This document shows, in pieces, positions 21,966 to 29,332 of a stretch of DNA of 64,000 nt. The notes beneath the pieces are model-generated. The model was not told where the DNA came from, did not search any database, and was given only the letters and a program-made list of their open reading frames with translations. Each line of letters opens with the position of its first letter. Positions within the stretch are counted from its first letter, which is position 1. This DNA is from Acidobacteriota bacterium (lineage in GTDB: Bacteria; Acidobacteriota; CAIWXX01): positions 1 to 64,000 of the forward strand of contig JBFMAF010000034.1 in NCBI GenBank assembly GCA_040755995.1, read 5' to 3'. Made by a program: the position numbers and the translations under genes.

Positions 21966-22906
21966 TGTTCTCGGCGGGCGAATTCATACTCGGTCTCTCC
22001 AACTTCCCGTACCTGGTTCTGTTTGGGCTCATCATCGGGGCCCTCGGTGGGTTCTTCGGAGTGGGCGGCGGCTTCCTGATGGTGCCCCTTCTTAACGTCG
22101 TGTTCGGCATACCTTACAACGTCGCAGTCGGCTCGGACCTCGGGCAGATGTGCGGGATGTCAACGGCCGCGACCGTGCGCCACATGCGTTTCGGGAATAT
22201 CGATTTCAAGCTCGGGTTCCTGATGATCGCTGGGACGGCCACTGGGGTCGAGGCGGGTGCATCGCTATTGGAGGTCCTCAAGCATTCAGGGAACGTTACG
22301 ATCGCAGGCCGCACCATTGACCTCATGACTCTCGTCATGAGCCTCGTCTACGCGGCGCTCTTGATATTTCTTGGGCAGGCGATGGTCAAGGAGTCCCTCC
22401 GTACGATGCGGCGCGCGGCGGGCAAGGTGGAGGCCGCAGCAGAAGCAGCGGCCTTCCCGGCGGCGTTGCGCCTGCGCACGTTGAAGCTCTGGCCGATGGT
22501 TTCCCTCCCGGCCTCCGGCATCGAAGCCATGTCGCTCTGGATCATTCTCGGCATAGGCTTCGCCACCGGCTTCCTCTCCGGGATGCTGGGTGTGGGCGGC
22601 GGTTTCATCCGCATGCCTGCACTGGTCTACATCATGGGCTGCCCCACGGTCGTCGCCGTCGGGACGGATCTGTTCGAGATCATGTTCAGCTCCGGGTACG
22701 GCGTCTTGACACACGCCTTCAAGGGCAATGTGCATCTGATCGTCGTGCTGGCGTTGCTGATCGGTACCACGGTCGGCGCACAGGTCGGCGCATCCTACAC
22801 GCGCAAGGCGGGAGGACCTCGAGTGAGATTCGGGTTCGGCTGCCTCGCGTTCGTGGGCGTGATCATGGTGGTGATCAAGCTGTACGTCAAGTTCATGCAC
22901 CAATAG
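21965..22906 (+). CDS. TauE/SafE-family sulfite exporter
   Basis: Two GFFGVGGGF/GMLGVGGGF repeats, AVGSDL/AVGTDL. Confidence 0.92.
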   Translation: MFSAGEFILGLSNFPYLVLFGLIIGALGGFFGVGGGFLMVPLLNVVFGIPYNVAVGSDLGQMCGMSTAATVRHMRFGNIDFKLGFLMIAGTATGVEAGASLLEVLKHSGNVTIAGRTIDLMTLVMSLVYAALLIFLGQAMVKESLRTMRRAAGKVEAAAEAAAFPAALRLRTLKLWPMVSLPASGIEAMSLWIILGIGFATGFLSGMLGVGGGFIRMPALVYIMGCPTVVAVGTDLFEIMFSSGYGVLTHAFKGNVHLIVVLALLIGTTVGAQVGASYTRKAGGPRVRFGFGCLAFVGVIMVVIKLYVKFMHQ

Positions 22907-23002
22907 GATGGAGATACCCCCTCGGGAGAGGGCACGCGTGGAACGGGCGGACCCCCGGGGCCCCGTCGCACCATACCGGGCCCCGGCGGTCTTCCTGAGG
23001 GG

Positions 23003-23995
23003 ATGGGCATCTCGATGAAGCGGCTGTGGGCGGCGGGCACTGCCATGCTCTGGATCTCCGTGTCTACCGGCATTGCAGCCGCGGCGCCGCTGAGGAACGT
23101 TTCGTTCCTGCCGCAGTGGCAGCCGCAGGCCCAGTTTGCCGGCTACTACGTTGCGTACGCGAAGGGGTTCTACGCGAACCGGAACATCGACGTCACGATT
23201 CTGCGCGGCGGCTCGGAGCAGCCGCCGACGGAACTGCTCGCTGAGAGGCGCACCGACTTCACTACGATGTTCCTCTCGACGGCCGTCGAGCGGAGGTCCA
23301 AGGGCCTTCCGTGCGTGAATCTCGCACAGATCATTCAGCGCTCGGCGCTTCTGCTGGTTGCGCGGAGGTCGAGCGGGATAGCCTCTCCGGCCGACTTCGC
23401 CGGCAAGAAGGTAAGCGTCTGGCCGGAGTTCCAGACGCAGTGCGAGGCACTGTTCCGGAAATACGAGGTGCAGCCGCATACCCTGTTTCAGGGCCCGACG
23501 ATCAACCTGTTCTTGCGAGGCGGAGTCGACGTGGCTTCGGCCATGTGGTACAACGAATACCATCTGCTCATAAGCGCCGGTGTAGACGTCGATGAACTGA
23601 CGGTCTTTCGCTTCGACGAGCTGGGCTTGAACTTCCCCGAGGACGGCATCTACTGTCTCGAGAGCACCTTCGCGAAGGATCCCGGGTTGTGCCGGGATTT
23701 CGTGCAGGCTTCGATCGAGGGGTGGGAGTATGCTTTTGACCACTCGGAGGAGGCGCTCGAAATCGTGATGGCACGAGTCAAGGCGGTCAATCAGGCTACG
23801 AATCGAGTGCACCAGCGTTGGATGCTCCGCAGCATGAGGGATCTCATCATGCCTTCCGGCGATCCATCCCCCGTCGGGCTTCTGAAGGAGGCGGACTACA
23901 GGAACACGGCCACTGGACTTCTCAACAACCGTGTGATCGCCACCATACCCGATTTCGCCTCATTCCATGAGAACTGCATCGCCGAAGCGCACTAG
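23003..23995 (+). CDS. NMT1/THI5-like substrate-binding protein
   Basis: Signal peptide; QWQPQAQFAGYYVA..KGFY. Confidence 0.85.
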   Translation: MGISMKRLWAAGTAMLWISVSTGIAAAAPLRNVSFLPQWQPQAQFAGYYVAYAKGFYANRNIDVTILRGGSEQPPTELLAERRTDFTTMFLSTAVERRSKGLPCVNLAQIIQRSALLLVARRSSGIASPADFAGKKVSVWPEFQTQCEALFRKYEVQPHTLFQGPTINLFLRGGVDVASAMWYNEYHLLISAGVDVDELTVFRFDELGLNFPEDGIYCLESTFAKDPGLCRDFVQASIEGWEYAFDHSEEALEIVMARVKAVNQATNRVHQRWMLRSMRDLIMPSGDPSPVGLLKEADYRNTATGLLNNRVIATIPDFASFHENCIAEAH

Positions 23996-25931
23996 ATGGA
24001 CCCTGGCCTTCAAGCTGGGGATGTTCGTCCTCGTGGGCACATCCATCGTTTTCGGGCTGGCGTTCGGCTACAACTTCTATTCATCGCGTCTGCTCATCCT
24101 GGGCGCAGTCGAGAACGCCGCGCGCAGCCTGAGCGCGTCCACGGTCCAGCGGATCGAGGCGGTGCTCAAGGGTGTTGAAACAATGCCTCGGTTCATGGCG
24201 CTGGAACTGGAGAGGCGGCAGTTCGATGCCGACGGCCTCGTGGATTTCATCCACAGCAACCTGGTCGCCAACCCGGACGTGTATGGTTCGACCGTGGCCT
24301 ACGAGCCTTACGCGTTCAAGAAGGATTCCTACTACTTCGCACCCTACTGGTCCTGGCAGGGGGGGGAGCTGGGCTTGAGCTGGCTCGGCGCCGACACGTA
24401 TCGCTTCCACTTCCATGACTGGTACTTGATACCGAAGGAGGTCGAGGCGCCGGTCTGGAGCGAGCCATATTTCGACGAAGGCGGCGGGAACATCCTGATG
24501 ACCACGTATTCCGTGCCCTTCTACGGGCGCGTAGATTGGGAGCGGAAGTTCCGCGGAGTCGTAACGGCCGACATCTCGTTGGACTGGCTGGTCAACATCA
24601 TCTCGACTGTCCAACTGTTCAAGTCCGGCTACGCATTTCTCATCTCTCAGAACGGCGTCTTCGTCGCGCACCCCGACATGAGCATGGTCATGCGCGAGAG
24701 CATATTCAGCATGGCCGAGGCCGCGGGTGATCCCGAATTGCGGCGGATCGGAAGAGAGATGATCCACGGCGGCCAGGGCTTCGTGCGACTGGATCGCTTT
24801 CACCGCGGGAGGCCCGCGTGGCTCTACTACGCCCCGCTCCCCGCCCTCGGTTGGTCCATCGGCGTCGTGTTCCCCGAAGAGGCGCTCTTCACCGAGATCC
24901 ACGACCTCTTCCAGCGTGTAGTGCTGATCGGAATCGGCGGATTCGCCGCGCTCTTCGCGGTCATCATCCTCATCTCCACGACGATGACCCGGCCGATCCG
25001 CTCGCTGGCTCGAACCACCGCCGAGATTGCCAAGGGAAACCTCGACGTGGTGCTCCCGACGGTGAATACCCGGGACGAAGTGGGCGATCTCTCACGCTCC
25101 TTCGACAACATGCGCGTAGCGCTCAAGGAGTACATCTCTCACCTCACGGAGACCACGGCCGCGAAGGAACGCTACGAGAGCGAGCTGAAGATCGCGCGAA
25201 GCATCCAGATGAGCTTTCTCCCGAAGAAGTTCCCCCCGTTCCCGGAAAGAGAGGAGTTCGATATCTACGCGACACTCGAGCCGGCGAAAGAGGTCGGCGG
25301 CGACCTCTACGATTTCTTCCTCCTCGACGACGGCCGGCTCTTCTTCAGCATCGGAGATGTGTCGGACAAGGGCGTGCCCGCGGCGCTGTTCATGGCCGTG
25401 ACGAAGACGCTCATGAAGGGAGTCGCAACCCAAGTATTCCCCGACCCCGCGATGATCCTCTCACGGGTCAACGAGGAGCTCTGCAAGGAAAACGACTCCA
25501 TGATGTTCGCCACAGTCTTCTGCGCCATCCTCGACATCGCTTCAGGCGAACTGTGGTATTCGAGCGCCGGCCATAACCCGCCGGTGCTGGCGCGGCCCGG
25601 CGCCGAGCCCATGTTCATCACCGTACCTCCGGGCGTGGTCCTTGGCGCCATGGAAGGTATGCAGTACCGGCCGATGAAAATGACTCTCCAGCCGGAAGAC
25701 ACGCTCATCCTCTATACAGACGGCGTAACCGAGGCCACCGACCTGTCGGTGCGCCTCTACGGAGACCATAGACTGATCGAGACGGTTCGAGCCCACAGTG
25801 ATGAATCGGCTGAATCGGTCGTGAACGCGATCATGGCATCGGTGAAGCGCTTCGCCGAAGGCGCGCCGCAGTCCGACGACATCACGATCCTCGCTCTCAG
25901 GTACAGGCCGCGGCGGCCGCGCCTCGTGTAG
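23967..25931 (+). CDS. Cache-HAMP-SpoIIE (RsbU-like) membrane phosphatase
   Basis: WSEPYFD Cache motif, HAMP DEVGDL, EVGGDLYDF, GDVSDKG, YTDGVTEA, QSDDIT. Confidence 0.92.
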   Translation: MRTASPKRTRWTLAFKLGMFVLVGTSIVFGLAFGYNFYSSRLLILGAVENAARSLSASTVQRIEAVLKGVETMPRFMALELERRQFDADGLVDFIHSNLVANPDVYGSTVAYEPYAFKKDSYYFAPYWSWQGGELGLSWLGADTYRFHFHDWYLIPKEVEAPVWSEPYFDEGGGNILMTTYSVPFYGRVDWERKFRGVVTADISLDWLVNIISTVQLFKSGYAFLISQNGVFVAHPDMSMVMRESIFSMAEAAGDPELRRIGREMIHGGQGFVRLDRFHRGRPAWLYYAPLPALGWSIGVVFPEEALFTEIHDLFQRVVLIGIGGFAALFAVIILISTTMTRPIRSLARTTAEIAKGNLDVVLPTVNTRDEVGDLSRSFDNMRVALKEYISHLTETTAAKERYESELKIARSIQMSFLPKKFPPFPEREEFDIYATLEPAKEVGGDLYDFFLLDDGRLFFSIGDVSDKGVPAALFMAVTKTLMKGVATQVFPDPAMILSRVNEELCKENDSMMFATVFCAILDIASGELWYSSAGHNPPVLARPGAEPMFITVPPGVVLGAMEGMQYRPMKMTLQPEDTLILYTDGVTEATDLSVRLYGDHRLIETVRAHSDESAESVVNAIMASVKRFAEGAPQSDDITILALRYRPRRPRLV

Positions 25932-25955
25932 AGAGCGGAGAATGGGAGACTGCGG

Positions 25956-26768
25956 TCACTGCGGCCGAATCCGCCGCTCGCGGATCAGCCGGGCGCACGC
26001 CGCGACGACTTCAGCGTCGTAGCCGATGCCGCTGCATCTCGAGATCTCGGCGAGGGCCGCGTCCATCCCAAGGGCTGGGCGGTACGGGCGGTGATTGCAC
26101 ATGGCCTCTACGCAATCGGCCACGGCAACGATCCTCGCCGGAAGGATGATGGTCTCGCCGGCCAGACGGCGTGGGTAGCCCGAACCGTCCATCCGCTCGT
26201 GGTGCGCGTAGGCGATCTCCGCTATGGGGTACCAGAACTCCACATTCGCGAGGATGTCGCGGCCGGCTTCCGTGTGCAGCTTGATCAGGTTGAATTCGAC
26301 GTCCGTCAGGCGCCCGGGTTTGCAAAGGATCTCGGCCGGCACGCATATCTTGCCGACATCGTGAAGCACACCGGCGATGCGGATTCCGTCGACCTCCTTC
26401 TCAGCCAGCCCCATCTCCGTCGCGATCGCCGCGGCGATCGCGGCGACCCTGGACTGGTGTCCCGCCGTGTAAGGGTCTCGCTTCTCGATGGCCGATGCCA
26501 GCGCCAGCATTGTCCCGTGCAGCACCCGGTCCAATCGCTCGTTGCTCCGCCTCAGCTCCTCCACCATCCCCGTCAGCCGGAACTCGCGCCCCTCCAGCTC
26601 CACCATCATCATCCCGAACGCCTCGGCCAACGCGGTCACGAACGCCGGGTAGGCGCCCGCCCTCGTAAGCTCGAAAAGCTCATTGGCGCCGTCGTAGGAC
26701 CCCTTGGAGATAGACCCGCAGAGCGCCCCGAGGCGCGCCAGCAGTGCTTCGAGCCCTTCGCCTGTCAC
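25956..26768 (-). CDS. HD-GYP c-di-GMP phosphodiesterase
   Basis: RDPYTAGHQ, LHDVGK, HHERMDGSGYP. Confidence 0.92.
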   Translation of the reverse strand: MTGEGLEALLARLGALCGSISKGSYDGANELFELTRAGAYPAFVTALAEAFGMMMVELEGREFRLTGMVEELRRSNERLDRVLHGTMLALASAIEKRDPYTAGHQSRVAAIAAAIATEMGLAEKEVDGIRIAGVLHDVGKICVPAEILCKPGRLTDVEFNLIKLHTEAGRDILANVEFWYPIAEIAYAHHERMDGSGYPRRLAGETIILPARIVAVADCVEAMCNHRPYRPALGMDAALAEISRCSGIGYDAEVVAACARLIRERRIRPQ

Positions 26769-26821
26769 TGTTCCAGCTTATATAGCCGCTGATTCAGCGT
26801 GTCAACGATTGCCGATTTCGA

Positions 26822-26863
26822 ACTCCCCACTCTCTGCCCTCCACTCTCCACTCTCTACTCTCT
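26822..26863. repeat. Six tandem heptamers (ACTCTCY-like)
   Basis: actcccc actctct gccctcc actctcc actctct actctct. Confidence 0.75.
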
Positions 26864-29332
26864 GTCCACCGTCCCCGCGCCGCCGTCGACGCGCACCCGT
26901 TGCCCGTCGCGCAGAAGGTGCGTGGCGTCGCGCACGCCGAAGACTGCGGGGATGCCCATCTCGCGCGCGACGACAGCCGCGTGGCAGAGCGTCCCACCCA
27001 CTTCCATCACAACCGCCGCGGCTCGCGGGAACAGCGGCGTCCAGCCGGGATCCGCGAACTCCACCACAATCACATCACCATCCTCCATCGCACGCGGATC
27101 AGGCTCGCGCAGAATGCGGACCGGCCCGGATACGGAGCCCGCCGACACCGGCGTACCGCGCAGCTGGCCGCCCTGGCCGCGATCCGTCGCGGCATCCTCT
27201 TCGACCGGAACGCCGTCGGATCTAAGGAAATCCGGAGCATGCTCGGTCCTGAAGCGCACGAACTGCTTCTTCCTCTCCTCGACAAGGACAATCGGGTCGG
27301 TCCCGAGTGGCCCGCCTTGCACCAGGCGCACGAGCTCCGGCCATTCCAGGTAGAAGACATCGTCTACGGAGGAGATCGCGCCGCGATCGGCGAACCGCCT
27401 GCCCAGCTCGCGGGCCGCATCACGCATCCGCCGGAAGACGAACACACCATGGTGCTTCGGAGCCTCGCGCAGAGGCATGTAGAGCTCCACCAGTCGCGCC
27501 AGCCATCGCATGACGGGCCTCTTCCACCACGGTGAGGCGGCGACCGCCGTGGCGATCGCACGATCCCTTTCTTCGCTCAGCCTGGCCATGCGCTTCGCGA
27601 CCGGCTCGCGGCCGGTCGACCGCAGTCCAGCCCTCACGAGCTCCAGCACCATCGCCGGGTCCTCGGACCAGCGCGTCGCCCCCAGATCGAACTCCATCGG
27701 CCCGCGATGGCCGAAGCGGTCGAGGAAGAAGCGGAATTGCGTGAGCCAGGGCCGCGCGGCCGGCTCGGCTTGCAGCCTGCCAAGCAGATCTCCAGCTTGT
27801 GCGCAGAACTCGTGTGCGATCGGGCGGGCCGCTTCCACCAGCTCATCGATGGCAACCGAGATTTGAGTCGTCGGGTTGGCCGGGATGCCTGTAGCAAGGA
27901 GATTTCGCGCTTGCAGATGCGATCGGAAAACATGCACCGCGGCGGAGTAGACCATGACCGCCACGCTCTCCATCTGCAATCCGTACATCAGGCGCCGGCA
28001 TTCGGGTTGGAGCAACAGCCGCATCTCATCGAGCAGCTCGTCGTCGCGGAGCGTGCGCACTGAGCGACGCCGTGAAACGGCAGTGCCGTCTTCTTCGAGC
28101 GCGCGTAGGGCGGCGCGCGGCCTCAATGCCGCCGACATCCGCCCGATTGCGCGCACGGTCGACGCGGCGATGCGGAGCATCAGCAGCGGCCGCGATCCCG
28201 GCAGACGTCGCGGCCGCAGTATCCCCTTCGCCCGGAGCTCGCGCACCGCGCTACCGGCCCTCGCGTCGATCGTGTCCAGCAGCCAGGTTATCAACGAGCT
28301 GTACAGCGGAAAGGCCAGCACGCAGTTCATGTTGAAATACACGTGCCCGTGGATCAGGTCCAGCCCTGCCATCTCCCGATTCAGGCGCGTGTCGCTGCGA
28401 ATCCCCAGCAGTTGTTCCATCACCCTGGGTATGATGAGCTCGCGCCAGACGCTCCACGTCAGCGGGAGCAGCGGATCGGGCATCGTTTCGCGAACGTTCC
28501 AGTTGGACCAGACAGTCACCGGGCCGTCATCAGCCGGGTCGACAGAACGTTGAATGACGAACGAAGGCGACTGCCGGAGGCCGGTGATCGGACGCGCCTG
28601 GAGCCACCAGAGCGTTCCTGCCCGGTCGATCGCCCACTCGAGATCCAGCGGACAACCGAATCGCGCTGCGGGATCTCGCGCCTGGGCCGCGATTCTCTCG
28701 ACCTCGGTCGAGCTCAACACGGACCTTGACGCAGCCACGCGACTCTCCCATGCGCCCAACCCCGTGCGATAGACACGCCAGCGCTCGGGCTCGATCGAGC
28801 CCGACACGAGTTGTGCGCCAGGTCCCGCGACCGCTTCGACCACAATCGCCGCGTCGCGCCCGGACGGGTCCTGCGTGAAGCAAACGCCGGCGCATCGCGC
28901 ATCGACCAGCTCCTGGATGACCAGCCCCACCGGCACTGGTGCGACGCTGCCGGCATAGGCCAGCACGCGTGGGCTGGCGCCTGCTGCGATGCAACGCGCG
29001 GCCGCCTCGACGACACCATGCGGCGTGCCGACTCCGAGCACGGTCTCGAACATTCCCGCGAACGACTTCTCCGCCGAGTCCTCCCCCACCGCCGACGACC
29101 TGACCGCCACGAGGCCTCGCAGCTCTGCGGCTCGCCGCTGCAGCTCCGCCCGCTCCGCTTCCAACCACGCCTCCGGCCCGATCGACGTGGTTTCCACTGC
29201 GAACCCCTCCGGCACCTTGGCTCCGGCCTCGATCAGTTTCGCGAGCCCGCATGCCTTTCCGCCGAAGAGGCTCTGCAGGCCGGAATCGAGCTCCGCAAGC
29301 GGGACCATGCGGAGCGGGGCTCTATCGGTCAT
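26855..29332 (-). CDS. PEP/pyruvate-binding dikinase-like protein (rifampin-phosphotransferase/PigC-like architecture)
   Basis: N-terminal GGKA, VRSSA.GED, LQARPIT; C-terminal His swivel GGTLCHAAVVAREMG. Confidence 0.85.
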   Translation of the reverse strand: MTDRAPLRMVPLAELDSGLQSLFGGKACGLAKLIEAGAKVPEGFAVETTSIGPEAWLEAERAELQRRAAELRGLVAVRSSAVGEDSAEKSFAGMFETVLGVGTPHGVVEAAARCIAAGASPRVLAYAGSVAPVPVGLVIQELVDARCAGVCFTQDPSGRDAAIVVEAVAGPGAQLVSGSIEPERWRVYRTGLGAWESRVAASRSVLSSTEVERIAAQARDPAARFGCPLDLEWAIDRAGTLWWLQARPITGLRQSPSFVIQRSVDPADDGPVTVWSNWNVRETMPDPLLPLTWSVWRELIIPRVMEQLLGIRSDTRLNREMAGLDLIHGHVYFNMNCVLAFPLYSSLITWLLDTIDARAGSAVRELRAKGILRPRRLPGSRPLLMLRIAASTVRAIGRMSAALRPRAALRALEEDGTAVSRRRSVRTLRDDELLDEMRLLLQPECRRLMYGLQMESVAVMVYSAAVHVFRSHLQARNLLATGIPANPTTQISVAIDELVEAARPIAHEFCAQAGDLLGRLQAEPAARPWLTQFRFFLDRFGHRGPMEFDLGATRWSEDPAMVLELVRAGLRSTGREPVAKRMARLSEERDRAIATAVAASPWWKRPVMRWLARLVELYMPLREAPKHHGVFVFRRMRDAARELGRRFADRGAISSVDDVFYLEWPELVRLVQGGPLGTDPIVLVEERKKQFVRFRTEHAPDFLRSDGVPVEEDAATDRGQGGQLRGTPVSAGSVSGPVRILREPDPRAMEDGDVIVVEFADPGWTPLFPRAAAVVMEVGGTLCHAAVVAREMGIPAVFGVRDATHLLRDGQRVRVDGGAGTVDRE

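Noticed and set aside
22907..23002. TPP riboswitch before the NMT1/THI5-like gene
   Set aside because: It lacks the conserved CUGAGA and CCUGA...AAU...GUAGG elements.
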